Source: Candidatus Versatilivorator sp. | GTDB taxonomy: Bacteria > Acidobacteriota > Terriglobia > Versatilivoradales > Versatilivoraceae | Direction of reading: 5' to 3' | DNA length: 64,000 nucleotides | Assembly: GCA_965207735.1 (NCBI GenBank) | Contig: OZ242296.1 | Coordinates: forward strand, 2,368,001-2,432,000 | In this document: piece after piece, positions 18,950-29,258 of the stretch | How the letters are laid out: each line of letters starts with the position of its first letter | How positions within the stretch are numbered: the first letter of the stretch is position 1 | Notes under the pieces: generated by a model | The model's input: the letters and a program-made list of their open reading frames with translations, nothing else | What the model was told of the DNA's origin: nothing | Databases searched by the model: none | Made by a program: the position numbers and the translations under genes

Positions 18950-20292
18950 TCCTTGGATCCCTTCTCCGCCAGGCGGTGAAAAAGCGTCTTCTCCAGCCGG
19001 GCGCGAATGGGCTCGATTCGGATCTGGGAGGCAACGTCGTTGGCAAAGGCAAAGGTCAGGAGCTGGCGGGCGGCCTCACGGCCGATCCCGCGCGACTGCA
19101 GATAGAAGACGGCCTCGGCGTCCAATTGCCCGATGGTGGCCCCGTGGGTGCATTTCACGTCGTCGGCATAGATCTCCAACTGAGGATTGGTGTTGACCAG
19201 GGCCTCCTCGGAGAGCAGCAGATTCTGGTTGGTCTGCTTCGAATCGGTCTTCTGGGCGTGGGGTCGCACGATGATCCGGCCGTTGAAGACCCCGCTGGAC
19301 CGGTCGTCCAGGATGCCCTTGTAGAACTCGAAGCTGTTGCAATGGGGCTTGGCGTGTTCGATGGAGGTGTGGTTGTCCACGTGCTGTTTGCCGGTGGTGA
19401 GGGAGAAGCCGTTCAAGGTGGCTTCGGCGCCCTCGCCATCCAGGATCGCGTTGACGTGGTTGCGAACCAGGGCTCCTCCCAGGGAGATGGAATGGGAGGA
19501 CACGGTGGCGCTGCGTCCGAGCTGGAACTGCAGGGTGGCGATGTGGAAGGCCCTGAGGCTTTCCTGTTGCAGCTTGTAGTGCTCGACCACCGCCCCCTCC
19601 CGGGCCACCACCTCGGTCACCGTGTTGGTGAAATAAAGGGAGTCGGGCGCGCCCGAGTACGTTTCCACGATGCGGGCCTGACTGTTGGCGCCGGCCAGCA
19701 CCAGGCAGCGGGGATGGGAAACCAGCGGCTCCCCTTCCCCTCCCGAGTAAAAGTGCAAGTGAATCGGCTGCTCCACCACGGTGTTCCTGGGAAGATGGAC
19801 CAGAGCGATATCCTGCAGGAAGGCCGTATTCAGGGCAGTGAAGGCCTCATCCCCCTCGCCGGCATAGCAACCCAGCGCTTGCTGAACGGAAGGCCCCTGG
19901 CCGTTGAGGAACTCCGCCAGGCCCTGAACCCGAACGCCTGGTGGAAGGTCGCCAAAGGACGAGTGTTCCCGGGAAAAGCGCGCATTAAGGAACACCAGGC
20001 GGCAGGCCGAGGAGTCGTCTCCGGTCAGGGAGTCCAGGTCGGCCGGGGCCGGCCGGGAGTCCGAGTCGCCGGCATGAGCAAAAGCGGTCCGCAGCAGCGG
20101 CGAGAGGCTGGTAAAACGCCAGGCCTCATCATGGGTGGTCGGGAACCCAAGTCGGGTGAAGCGCCCGATTGCCTCCTGGCGCTTCTCTGTCAGCCAGGGC
20201 GGATCCCGGTCCGCCCGGCGGCGCGCCAAGGAGGCGAATTGCGACAGATAGCTTTCCTGCTCGGGGGCCAATTCAGCCGGTTTTCGATTCAT
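18946..20292 (-). CDS. sufD: Fe-S cluster assembly protein SufD
   Basis: FPTTHDEAWRFT, AQKTD, PQLEIYADDVKCTHGATIGQ, FYLQSRGI. Confidence 0.95.
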   Translation of the reverse strand: MNRKPAELAPEQESYLSQFASLARRRADRDPPWLTEKRQEAIGRFTRLGFPTTHDEAWRFTSLSPLLRTAFAHAGDSDSRPAPADLDSLTGDDSSACRLVFLNARFSREHSSFGDLPPGVRVQGLAEFLNGQGPSVQQALGCYAGEGDEAFTALNTAFLQDIALVHLPRNTVVEQPIHLHFYSGGEGEPLVSHPRCLVLAGANSQARIVETYSGAPDSLYFTNTVTEVVAREGAVVEHYKLQQESLRAFHIATLQFQLGRSATVSSHSISLGGALVRNHVNAILDGEGAEATLNGFSLTTGKQHVDNHTSIEHAKPHCNSFEFYKGILDDRSSGVFNGRIIVRPHAQKTDSKQTNQNLLLSEEALVNTNPQLEIYADDVKCTHGATIGQLDAEAVFYLQSRGIGREAARQLLTFAFANDVASQIRIEPIRARLEKTLFHRLAEKGSKE

Positions 20293-20306
20293 GGTGGTCT
20301 CTCGGA

Positions 20307-21071
20307 CTAGCTCCCCGGCGTCACGGCAACCTGAGATTCGATCCAACCGTAACCCCTGGCTTCCAGTTCGAGGGCCAGATCCTTGTCCCCCGACTTGACG
20401 ATCTCTCCGCCCGAAAGCACATGCACGCGATCGGGCACGATGTAGTTCAGCAACCGCTGGTAGTGGGTGATGACCACGATGGCGCGGTCGGGTTGGCGCA
20501 GGGCGTTGACGCCGTCGGCAACCGTCTTGAGAGCATCGATGTCGAGTCCCGAGTCGGTTTCATCCAGGATGGCCAGGATCGGATCGAGCACCGCCATCTG
20601 AAAAATCTCGTTTCTCTTCTTCTCGCCGCCCGAGAAACCCTCGTTGACGGAACGGCTGATGAAGCTCTGGTCCAGGTTCACCAGCTTGATCTTCTCCCGA
20701 ACCACCTTCATGAATTCCATGGCGTCCAACTCGTCCTGGCCCCGGTGCTTGCGGACGGCGTTCACGGCGGCTTTCAGGAAATAGACATTGCTCACTCCGG
20801 GGATCTCGACCGGATACTGAAAGGCCATGAAGACGCCTTCACAGGCGCGCTCCTCGGGCTCCATCTCCAACAGGTCCCGTCCCCGATAGAAAACCCGGCC
20901 CTGGGTGACTTCGAAACTTTCCCGGCCCGCCAACACCTGGGCCAGGGTGCTCTTGCCCGATCCGTTGGGACCCATGATGGCGTGCACTTCCCCCGCCGCC
21001 ACTTCCAGGTTCACCCCTCTCAGGATGGGCTTCCCCTCCACTTCAGCGTGTAAATTTTCAATCTTCAGCAC
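20307..21071 (-). CDS. sufC: Fe-S cluster assembly ATPase SufC
   Basis: GPNGSGKST, FQYPVEIPGV, GFSGGEKKRNE, LDETDSGLDID. Confidence 0.97.
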   Translation of the reverse strand: MLKIENLHAEVEGKPILRGVNLEVAAGEVHAIMGPNGSGKSTLAQVLAGRESFEVTQGRVFYRGRDLLEMEPEERACEGVFMAFQYPVEIPGVSNVYFLKAAVNAVRKHRGQDELDAMEFMKVVREKIKLVNLDQSFISRSVNEGFSGGEKKRNEIFQMAVLDPILAILDETDSGLDIDALKTVADGVNALRQPDRAIVVITHYQRLLNYIVPDRVHVLSGGEIVKSGDKDLALELEARGYGWIESQVAVTPGS

Positions 21072-21090
21072 TGCGCTCCCTTTCCTCGCT

Positions 21091-21240
21091 TGAATTTCTT
21101 GATTCGAAACAGCGGAATTTCGGATTGTAGACTTCTGATGATTTCAGAATCCTCGATCTCAATCGGGACAACCGAATGGGATTCAAATCCAAAATCTCAA
21201 ATCTACAATCAACAATTCATTTCCTGTCGGTTTGAGGCAC
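21091..21240. repeat. Family E heptamer inverted array element between sufB and sufC
   Basis: ggattgtagactt... facing aaatccaaaatctcaaatctacaatcaacaattcatt; tail ...tgtcggt.tga shared with the 17085 copy. Confidence 0.8.
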
Positions 21241-21279
21241 GGCCGCGGCGGCCGGTCTCTCTTCCGGCGCGTTAGCCGG

Positions 21280-22728
21280 TTACCCAACGCTGCCTTCCAG
21301 GCTCACGCCCAGCAGCTTGCGTGCCTCAACCGCAAACTCCATGGGCAGCTCGCGAAAGACCTCCTTGCAGAAACCGTTCACGATCATGGAGACGGCATCT
21401 TCGGCCGAAATGCCCCGCTGCTTGCAGTAGAAAATCTGGTCCTCTCCGATCTTCGAAGTCGAGGCTTCATGCTCCATCTGTGCCGTACTGTTCTTGACCT
21501 CGATGTAGGGAAAGGTGTGGGCGCCGCAGGCATCCCCCATGAGCATGGAGTCGCACTGGGAATAGTTGCGGGCCCCGGAGGCGTTCTTGAGAATCTTTAC
21601 TGCCCCCCGGTAGGTGTTCTGGCCATGGCCCGCCGAAATCCCCTTGGAGACGATGGTGCTCCGGGTGTCCCGGCCGATATGGATCATCTTGGTTCCGGTG
21701 TCGGCCTGCTGGAAATTGTTGGTCACTGCCACCGAGTAGAACTCGCCGATGGAGCGGTTCCCCTGCAGGAGACAGCTGGGATACTTCCAGGTGATGGACG
21801 AGCCCGTCTCCACCTGGGTCCAGGAGATCTTGGAATCCTCTCCCCGGCACTTGCCCCGCTTGGTGACGAAGTTGTAGATGCCTCCCTTGCCCTGCTTGTC
21901 CCCGGGATACCAGTTCTGCACGGTCGAGTACTTGATCTGAGCCCGGTCCAGGGCCACCAGCTCGACCACCGCCGCGTGGAGCTGGTTCTCATCCCTGCGG
22001 GGCGCCGTGCAGCCCTCCAGGTAGCTCACGGTGCTGTCGTCGTCGGCAATGATCAGGGTGCGTTCGAACTGCCCGGTGTCCTTGGCGTTGATGCGGAAGT
22101 AGGTGGAGAGCTCCATGGGGCAGCGCACCCCCTTGGGGATGTAGCAGAACGACCCGTCGCTGAAGACTGCCGAGTTGAGGGTGGCGAAGAAGTTGTCCGT
22201 ATAGGGAACCACCGACCCCAGGTACCGCTTCACCAGCTCCGGGTGGTTCTGCACGGCATCCGAGAAGGAACAGAAGATGATGCCCAGCTCCGCCAGCTTC
22301 TCGCGGAAGGTGGTGGCCACCGACACGCTGTCGAAGACGGCATCCACGGCCACGCCGCTCAGGCGCTCCTGCTCCTGCAGGGAAATCCCCAGCTTCTCGT
22401 AGGTCCGCAGCAGCTCGGGATCGACCTCCTCCAGGCTCTTGGGGCCTTCCTTGCCGCTCTTGGGGGCGGCGTAGTAAATGATGTCCTGGTAATCGATCGG
22501 CGGGTAGCGGACGTTGTGCCAGGCCGGCTCTTTCATGGTGAGCCAGTGCCTGTAGGCCCGCAGCCGCCACTCCAGCATGAAGGAGGGCTCCTTCTTTCTG
22601 GCCGAGATGGTGCGGATGACCTCTTCGTTCAGCCCCCTGGGAATGGCATCGGCCTCGATGTCGGTGACGAACCCGTACTTGTATTCCTGGTTGGCCAGTT
22701 CTTGAATGGTTTCGTTGGCTGAGGGCAT
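21280..22728 (-). CDS. sufB: Fe-S cluster assembly protein SufB
   Basis: [41 protein letters not shown]; AAGGAG upstream of ATG 22728. Confidence 0.97.
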   Translation of the reverse strand: MPSANETIQELANQEYKYGFVTDIEADAIPRGLNEEVIRTISARKKEPSFMLEWRLRAYRHWLTMKEPAWHNVRYPPIDYQDIIYYAAPKSGKEGPKSLEEVDPELLRTYEKLGISLQEQERLSGVAVDAVFDSVSVATTFREKLAELGIIFCSFSDAVQNHPELVKRYLGSVVPYTDNFFATLNSAVFSDGSFCYIPKGVRCPMELSTYFRINAKDTGQFERTLIIADDDSTVSYLEGCTAPRRDENQLHAAVVELVALDRAQIKYSTVQNWYPGDKQGKGGIYNFVTKRGKCRGEDSKISWTQVETGSSITWKYPSCLLQGNRSIGEFYSVAVTNNFQQADTGTKMIHIGRDTRSTIVSKGISAGHGQNTYRGAVKILKNASGARNYSQCDSMLMGDACGAHTFPYIEVKNSTAQMEHEASTSKIGEDQIFYCKQRGISAEDAVSMIVNGFCKEVFRELPMEFAVEARKLLGVSLEGSVG

Positions 22729-22796
22729 GTTGACTCCTTGAGCGTCATCGGCGCTCCTCGACCGACCGGGAAACGAAAGGTCGGCACGGACAGCGC

Positions 22797-23309
22797 TCAA
22801 GCGCTGGGATCTCCCTGCAGCTGAACCAGCTGCAGGGGGTTCTCTTCCCTTTCCGTTTGGCTGCGAGTCGGGTGCTTTTCCGGATTCGAGCTCGGCGGCG
22901 CCAGGCCGTGGAGGCTCATCTTGGCCACCGTCATCCGTCTCAGCATCAGCACCACGCTGTCACTGAGCAACTGGAGAGGACTCTTGATGGTGCACTTCTC
23001 GAACTGCAGGCAGTAGCCCGTCTCCGAAACGCAACTCGTCATGGAGAAGGGCCCTTCGATGGATTCGATCACCTCGGCTGCGTTGATCAGATGGGCGGGC
23101 CGACCCAGGGCGTACCCCCCGCGGGTCCCCTGGTGCGACACCACGATCCCGCTCTGCGCCATCCTTTGAAGCACCTTGGCCATCAGGTGGGGCGGGATGT
23201 TGTAGGATCGGGCGATTTCGCGCGCGCTCCAAGCGACCCGGCCCGAACCCTGGGCCAGGTGGATAAGGGCCATCAGCGCGTAGTCTGTTTTTTTGGAAAG
23301 TCTTAACAT
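22797..23309 (-). CDS. Rrf2-family regulator of the suf operon (IscR/SufR-like, three Cys)
   Basis: [38 protein letters not shown]; first gene of the suf operon. Confidence 0.9.
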   Translation of the reverse strand: MLRLSKKTDYALMALIHLAQGSGRVAWSAREIARSYNIPPHLMAKVLQRMAQSGIVVSHQGTRGGYALGRPAHLINAAEVIESIEGPFSMTSCVSETGYCLQFEKCTIKSPLQLLSDSVVLMLRRMTVAKMSLHGLAPPSSNPEKHPTRSQTEREENPLQLVQLQGDPSA

Positions 23310-23322
23310 GGACCGCCCATAT

Positions 23323-23381
23323 CGGACCAATTTGGTCCGGTTTAGTGTCTCAATTATCCAGACTCCGCCGACGGAAGTCAA
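23323..23381 (-). promoter_or_regulatory. suf promoter and palindromic operator
   Basis: TTGACT-17 bp-GATAAT on the minus strand, followed by perfect palindrome CGGACCAA-N-TTGGTCCG (23323-23339) before the Rrf2 ATG. Confidence 0.7.
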
Positions 23382-23484
23382 GACCGATTTCGTCAGAGCC
23401 TGTGGATTCGGGCATAGGGGGAGTCTGTATTTCTCACCGAGGGGCGATTGGTTGGCGCCGACCCTGGGCTGGAGCCGGCGTCTG

Positions 23485-23886
23485 CCCCCCTCCGCATCAG
23501 CCTTCGCCTGTAACTTGGGCTGTGCGAACCCGCTACGGCGCACAAGATCTCGCCTGTGGCTCGCCTTGTGCGAACCCCCCTCCGCATCAGCCTTCGCCAT
23601 TCGGCTCGGCGACTCCCCCTCAAGGGGGGAGTGATACTTGAGTTTCTTGAACGACGTTTTGCCAATTTGGGGAGCAGACGCCCGGAGATAATCAATTGAA
23701 AATCCTATACACCGGCAGTGTCGTGGGTTACGGGAGAGCCGCGTATGCGGCGGTTGGCGTGGGTCGTCCGAAGAAACGTCCCCTGCAAGCCATCCTTATA
23801 GAGCAGCGAAGCTGCGGCCTCGTGTAGCCCCGGGCGGAAGCCCGGGGTCGTATGAGCTCTGCGCCAACCCAGCCGCGTATGCGGCG
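23485..23886. repeat. Composite REP-like element (family B hairpin ACTCCCCCTCAAGGGGGGAGT plus family D with GTAG-footed hairpin), copy 1
   Basis: 23582-23886 aligns with 30672-30982; cccctccgcatcagccttcgcc arms are repeated; GTAG-CCCCGGGC-GGAA-GCCCGGGG at 23824-23847. Confidence 0.88.
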
Positions 23887-24156
23887 AATACGAAGCCGGG
23901 TCCCCGGCACGCGCGGCCCATTCAAACCACCCATAACACTCCACCGTCTACCACGGCTCCCGCCGGACTGTTGCTCCCGGAGCACGCAAACGGTTGGAGT
24001 GTTGCACCCAGGTCACAGGATCCGGCTGCGGCACGGACCGGAAACAGATTGCAAGACCTGCACTATCAATGACTTAACAATAATCCCCCTCTCTTTGGCA
24101 AGAGACTTGCTGGGAATTCCTTGCGTACCTGCTCCGGTCAGAAAAAATCCGCCCCT

Positions 24157-25077
24157 ATGGAATCCCAACACACCTTGGCTGCCCCCATCGAGTTCTCAGG
24201 CCTGGGCTTGCACACTGGAGAGTCGGTGCAGGTAAGAGTCTTGCCTGCTCCTCCCGACACCGGACTGGTGTTTCGCCGGGTTGACCTGGACGACTTCGAG
24301 ATCGAGGCAGTGGTGCAAAACGTGGCCCGGGTGGCCTACGCCACCACCTTGATGAAGCAGGGAGTCCTGATTTCCACCGTGGAGCACCTTCTCTCATCGC
24401 TCTACATCTTCGGTGTGGACAATGCCCTGATAGAGATCGACAACCTGGAAGTCCCCATTCTGGACGGAAGCGCCCTGGAGTTCGTGAAAGAGATCACCCG
24501 CACCGGCCTCCAGCAGCAGTCCGCTCGGCGCCGGTATCTGCGAGTGGAAAAATCCCTGGAGATTCGAGACCGCGACCGCACCATCGCCGTTCATCCGGCC
24601 GACTGCTTTCAGATCAGCTATACCATCGACTTCGACCATCCCATGATCGGTCGCCAGAGCTTCGACTTCGAGGCCTCTCCCGAGGTCTTCTCCAAGGCGG
24701 TGGCACCGGCACGCACTTTCGGATTCTACCGGGAAGTGGAAGAGTTGAAGAAAAAGGGCCTGGTCCGCGGAGGCTCGCTGGACAACGCCATTGTCCTGAC
24801 CGACCGGGGAATCCTGAACGGTATTCTGAGGTTCGAGGATGAATTTGTCCGCCACAAGGTGCTGGACGGCATTGGCGATCTGGCATTGATCGGCAGGCCG
24901 CTACTGGCCCGCGTGGTGGCCCACAAGGCGGGTCACGCCCTGCACACCCACCTGGTGACCCGCATTCTGAGCGATCCCTCCTGCTACAGCGAAACGAATC
25001 ATCCGCCGTCGCGCGGATGCGGCAGCAACGTTGACCTCCCGCCGCAGAGACAGTGCGTTTCGGCACCCGGCAGCTGA
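24157..25077 (+). CDS. lpxC: UDP-3-O-acyl-N-acetylglucosamine deacetylase
   Basis: QHTL..GLGLHTG, STVEHLLS, PILDGSA, APARTFGF, HKVLDGIGDL. Confidence 0.97.
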   Translation: MESQHTLAAPIEFSGLGLHTGESVQVRVLPAPPDTGLVFRRVDLDDFEIEAVVQNVARVAYATTLMKQGVLISTVEHLLSSLYIFGVDNALIEIDNLEVPILDGSALEFVKEITRTGLQQQSARRRYLRVEKSLEIRDRDRTIAVHPADCFQISYTIDFDHPMIGRQSFDFEASPEVFSKAVAPARTFGFYREVEELKKKGLVRGGSLDNAIVLTDRGILNGILRFEDEFVRHKVLDGIGDLALIGRPLLARVVAHKAGHALHTHLVTRILSDPSCYSETNHPPSRGCGSNVDLPPQRQCVSAPGS

Positions 25078-25136
25078 TACGCAGCCTACGGAGGTGGGTG
25101 AGAGGGGATATTCGCTTACGGAGCGCCGTGTTTGCT

Positions 25137-25536
25137 CCCCTCCGGATCGACTGCGGGCTGCGCCCTTTGGTAGTCACGCACGGGACGCCGCGTTGGCCCC
25201 CCTCCGGATCGACTGCGGGCTGCGCCCTTGTCTCTCCGACTCCCCCTCAAGGGGGGGAGTGATACTTGAGGCCTGCACATGGCTTCTTGCCCGATTGCTG
25301 GGCAGGATGTAAACCATGTTCCCGGTCTAATGTATAAACTCCATTCCCTCTACATAACACGGATATCACTCCCCCCTTGAGGGGGAGTCGCAGAAGCCGA
25401 GCCGAATGGCGAAGGCTGATGCGGAGGGGGGCAGACGCGGCGTCTCCGAACGGCAGCGCCGAATGGCGAAGGCTGATGCGGAGGGGGGTTCGCACAAGGC
25501 GAGCCAAAGGCGAGATCTTGTGCGCGGAGGGGGGTG
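25137..25536. repeat. Inverted pair of family B hairpin elements with duplicated arms
   Basis: Hairpin at 25238-25263 and its reverse complement at 25365-25389; 31-bp direct repeat at 25137 and 25199; 25400-25535 is reverse-complementary to 23485-23610. Confidence 0.88.
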
Positions 25537-25578
25537 AATGCCACGCAGCCAAGGTGCGGCGGCATCGTGGTCCGAACC

Positions 25579-25608
25579 TTGCCTGCCTCCCGGGCACTCC
25601 TCTATACT
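25579..25608 (+). promoter_or_regulatory. Putative serS promoter (possibly leaderless mRNA)
   Basis: TTGCCT-18 bp-TATACT ending 8 nt before the ATG; no Shine-Dalgarno sequence. Confidence 0.5.
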
Positions 25609-25616
25609 GCAGCCCA

Positions 25617-26909
25617 ATGCTAGATCCGACCTACATCCGAAAAAACCCCGAGCTGGTGCGTCGAAAGCTGGTCCAGCGCCACACCCCGGCACCGCTGAAG
25701 GAGGTGGAGGACTTCGATCGGCAGCGACGCCAGTTGCTGCAGGAGACCGAGCAGCTCAAATATCGCCGCAACCGGAACAACCAGGACATCACCGCGCTGA
25801 AGAAGGCGGGAGAGGACGCCGCCGGCAAGATTGCCGAAATGAAGGAATTGTCGCTTCGGATCAAGCAGTTGGACGAAAAACTGCGGTCCTGCGAGGAAGA
25901 GCTCAAGAGCCTGCAGCTGGCCCTGCCCAACCTCCCCGACGACAGCGTCCCAGTGGGCGCCGACGCCTCCGAGAACGTCGAGGTCCGGACCCACGGCCAG
26001 AAGCCCGACTTTGACTTTCAACCCCGCGCCCACTGGGACCTGGGCACCAGCCTGGGCATTCTGAACCTGGAACGGGCCGCCAAGATCGCCGGGGCCCGGT
26101 TCAGCCTCTACACGGGAGCGGGGGCTCGCCTGGAAAGGGCCTTGATCAACTTCATGCTGGACGTTCACACCCGGGAACACGGCTACCTGGAGGTGCTGCC
26201 CCCCTTCATGGCCAATTCGACCAGCATGACGGGGACGGGTCAGCTCCCCAAGTTCTCCGGCGATCTATTCAAGTTGGAAGGTACGGACTACTGGCTGGTT
26301 CCCACGGCCGAGGTCCCGGTCACCAACATTTATGCGCGAGAAACCCTGCGGGCGGACCAACTGCCGATTCGGCTGACGGCCTATACTCCCTGCTTCCGCA
26401 GCGAAGCCGGCGCCCACGGCAAGGATACTCGGGGACTCATCCGCCAGCACCAGTTCAACAAGGTGGAGCTGGTCAACTTCACCCGGCCCGAGGACTCCTA
26501 TGCCGAGCTGGAAAACCTGACTCGGAGCGCTGAAGAAATCCTCCGCCGCCTCCAGATCCACTACCGCGTGGTCACCCTCTGCACGGGCGATCTGGGATTT
26601 TCCGCGGCCAAGACCTATGACCTGGAGGTCTGGCTTCCGGGCCAGCAGGCCTACCGGGAAATTTCCTCCTGCAGCAACTTCGTGGACTTCCAGGCCCGGC
26701 GGGCCAACATCCGTTTCCGGCGGGAACGCGGGGTCAAACCGGAATTCGTGCACACGCTCAACGGATCGGGTCTGGCCGTGGGACGCACCTGGGTCGCACT
26801 GCTCGAAAACCATCAGCAAGCGGACGGCAGCGTCCTCATACCTCCCGGCCTCAGGCCCTACCTGAACGGATTGGAAAGGATCGTCCCCGGCCAGCCCGGC
26901 CTGGATTGA
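25617..26909 (+). CDS. serS: Serine--tRNA ligase
   Basis: [56 protein letters not shown]. Confidence 0.98.
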   Translation: MLDPTYIRKNPELVRRKLVQRHTPAPLKEVEDFDRQRRQLLQETEQLKYRRNRNNQDITALKKAGEDAAGKIAEMKELSLRIKQLDEKLRSCEEELKSLQLALPNLPDDSVPVGADASENVEVRTHGQKPDFDFQPRAHWDLGTSLGILNLERAAKIAGARFSLYTGAGARLERALINFMLDVHTREHGYLEVLPPFMANSTSMTGTGQLPKFSGDLFKLEGTDYWLVPTAEVPVTNIYARETLRADQLPIRLTAYTPCFRSEAGAHGKDTRGLIRQHQFNKVELVNFTRPEDSYAELENLTRSAEEILRRLQIHYRVVTLCTGDLGFSAAKTYDLEVWLPGQQAYREISSCSNFVDFQARRANIRFRRERGVKPEFVHTLNGSGLAVGRTWVALLENHQQADGSVLIPPGLRPYLNGLERIVPGQPGLD

Positions 26910-27097
26910 CCCGCATCCAGATCGTCTCCCTGGTAAAGATGGGACTGTCGGAGGCGATCGTTCTCAAGAAGATCGAGACGTCGATGTGCGAGTTCGATGT
27001 TTCGCCCGAGGCCCTGGTCGGCCTGACCAAGTCGGGAGTCGGCGAAGCAGTGATCCTTTCCATGATGGAGGTTCAGCAGCCGGACAACGGCCGGTAG
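26906..27097 (+). CDS. Small hypothetical helical protein (63 aa)
   Basis: Start overlaps serS stop (TTGA); internal duplication [11 protein letters not shown] / [11 protein letters not shown]. Confidence 0.55.
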   Translation: MTRIQIVSLVKMGLSEAIVLKKIETSMCEFDVSPEALVGLTKSGVGEAVILSMMEVQQPDNGR

Positions 27098-27162
27098 CCG
27101 TACAGGACCATCCCAGGTTCCGACTTCACGGCGGACAACCTGAGAGTTCGATGGCGGCCGGA

Positions 27163-27675
27163 TCACTCCACCAGCACCAGCGGATCCCCCGCGTTGACCG
27201 CCTGGCCCTCCGCCACCCGAACGGCCTGAACCCTGCCCGACTTGGGAGACCCCAGCTCGTTCTGCATTTTCATGGCTTCCACCACCACCAGTCCCTGTCC
27301 CTGGCTTACTGCTTCTCCCTCGGCCGTCAGGATCCTGACCACCTTCCCGGGCATGGGAGCCGACACGGCTACGGGTCCGGAGGCTTGGGTCCCGCCCGAG
27401 GTCGAGGGGCCGTCCCGGCGCGGGTCGACCAGGCCCACCTGGAAGCTTTCTCCGTCCACGACGACCTGAAATCCGCCGGCATGCGGACTCACGCTGACGT
27501 CGTGGGAGCGTCCCCCCAGAATCAGGGAAAAAGCGGCGTCCGACATCTGTGAGACGTCGACTTCAAGAGACTTGCCCCCGAACTCCACCCAGGCCCGACG
27601 GCCGGATCGTTTCAGGCGCAACACTCGGCGCCGCCCGTCCAGCACCAGCTCGTAAGTGGCCTCGACCTGCTCCAC
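27163..27675 (-). CDS. Biotin carboxyl carrier protein (probable GTG start)
   Basis: APMPGKVV, VVVEAMKMQNE biotin-lysine motif; GGAGG upstream of 27675. Confidence 0.9.
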   Translation of the reverse strand: MEQVEATYELVLDGRRRVLRLKRSGRRAWVEFGGKSLEVDVSQMSDAAFSLILGGRSHDVSVSPHAGGFQVVVDGESFQVGLVDPRRDGPSTSGGTQASGPVAVSAPMPGKVVRILTAEGEAVSQGQGLVVVEAMKMQNELGSPKSGRVQAVRVAEGQAVNAGDPLVLVE

Positions 27676-27704
27676 CGGGCGCCTCCTCCTCTTCTGCTCG
27701 CAGA

Positions 27705-29201
27705 CTATCTCCGCAGCCCGTTCCAGCGTCCCCACAGCTTCCACGGGCTCTCCCGCGGGTCCCCGCGGCCGGCGTCGGAAGCTCGAGCATGGCTGGCATA
27801 GAGGGCGGCGCCAATGGCCGCCACCTCCCGCAACTCTTCCCGGCCAGGCGAGGACTGGTCGGGGCGATAGAACTTTTCGATGAAGTCGGTGCTGAGTTCC
27901 GCCGACAGGAATTTCGGGTGGGCCAGGATGGTCCGGAAAAAGGGAATGGTCGTCTTGATTCCCGAAATCCGGTACTCGCCCAGGGCCCGGTCCATGCGGC
28001 TGATGGCCTCGGAGCGGGTTTCCGCCCAGGTCACCAGCTTGGACAGCATCGGATCGTAATACACGGGGACTTCCCAGCCCTGGTAGATCCCGCTGTCTTC
28101 CCGGACACCGGGCCCGGAGGGCTGGCGCAGGCTCCGGATCGGCCCCGGCGAGGGCAGGAAACCCTTCTCGGGATCCTCGGCATAGATGCGGCATTCCAGC
28201 GCGGCTCCGCGCCAGGTTACGGCCTCCTGACTCAGCCCCAGGGGTTGGCCGGCGGCAATCTGAATCTGTTTTCTGACCAGGTCCAGGCCGGTGACCATCT
28301 CGGTGACCGGGTGCTCGACCTGGAGCCGGGTATTCATCTCCAGGAAATAGAAATTCTGTTGCGAATCCACCAGGAATTCAACGGTCCCGGCATTGCGGTA
28401 GCCGCAGGCTTGAGCCATGCTGACCGCGGCCTGTCCCATGCTGTCCCGCAAGCCTTCGGTCATGACCGGCGAAGGACACTCCTCGATGACTTTCTGATGG
28501 CGCCGCTGTATGGAGCACTCCCGCTCTCCCAGGTGAACGGTGTTGCCGCGGCTGTCGGCCAGAACCTGAAACTCGATATGGCGGGGGCTCTGGAGGTATT
28601 TCTCCAGGTAGACCGACGGATCCCCGAAAGCGCTCCGGGCTTCGGAGCTGGCGTCCCGCAGGGCAGAGACCAGGCGGTCGGGGGAGGTCACCAGCCTCAT
28701 CCCCTTGCCCCCTCCACCGGCCGCCGCCTTGACCAGGATCGGGAACCCGATGTCCCGGGCCGCCCGTTCCGCTTGCGCCCCATCCCCGAGCTGCTGTCCT
28801 GTGCCCGGAACCACCGGCACCCCCGCCTGCGCGGCCAATCTTCGGGCAGCCGTCTTTTCCCCCATCAGCTCCATGGCTCTCGGTGGAGGACCGATGAAGC
28901 AGATCCCACGGTCCTGACAGCGGCGGGCAAATTCGGCGTTTTCGGCCAGAAATCCGTAACCGGGGTGGATGGCTTCCGCACCGCTGACCTCGGCCGCCTG
29001 CAGGATCCTGTCCATATTCAGATAGCTCTCCACCGAGGGAGAAGCACCCAGGCCGCGGGCCTGGTCGGCCAGGCGCACGTGCAGGGCCGCACGGTCGCAG
29101 TCGGAGTAGACCGCCACGGTTTCGATATTCATCTCGCGGGCGGTACGCATGATGCGGACAGCGATCTCACCCCGGTTGGCAATCAGAATCTTGGAAAACA
29201 T
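27705..29201 (-). CDS. accC: Biotin carboxylase subunit of acyl-CoA carboxylase
   Basis: KILIANRGEIA, HPGYGFLAEN, GGGGKGMR, ERECSIQRRHQK, EMNTRLQVEHPVTE. Confidence 0.95.
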   Translation of the reverse strand: MFSKILIANRGEIAVRIMRTAREMNIETVAVYSDCDRAALHVRLADQARGLGASPSVESYLNMDRILQAAEVSGAEAIHPGYGFLAENAEFARRCQDRGICFIGPPPRAMELMGEKTAARRLAAQAGVPVVPGTGQQLGDGAQAERAARDIGFPILVKAAAGGGGKGMRLVTSPDRLVSALRDASSEARSAFGDPSVYLEKYLQSPRHIEFQVLADSRGNTVHLGERECSIQRRHQKVIEECPSPVMTEGLRDSMGQAAVSMAQACGYRNAGTVEFLVDSQQNFYFLEMNTRLQVEHPVTEMVTGLDLVRKQIQIAAGQPLGLSQEAVTWRGAALECRIYAEDPEKGFLPSPGPIRSLRQPSGPGVREDSGIYQGWEVPVYYDPMLSKLVTWAETRSEAISRMDRALGEYRISGIKTTIPFFRTILAHPKFLSAELSTDFIEKFYRPDQSSPGREELREVAAIGAALYASHARASDAGRGDPRESPWKLWGRWNGLRR

Positions 29202-29258
29202 GGTCGCAAAGGAGTCTGTTGAACCGACCCTTCCCCCGTGTAACCTCCATCGGAGATC

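Noticed and set aside
23293-23985. Short ORFs with [14 protein letters not shown] peptides recurring at 25053-25692 and 30472-31100
   Set aside because: Translations of the family B/D repeats in several frames, not a protein family.
25137-25229. 31-bp repeat, 31-bp spacer, 31-bp repeat resembling a mini CRISPR array
   Set aside because: Only two units, no cas genes, and both repeat and spacer resemble the family B arms nearby.
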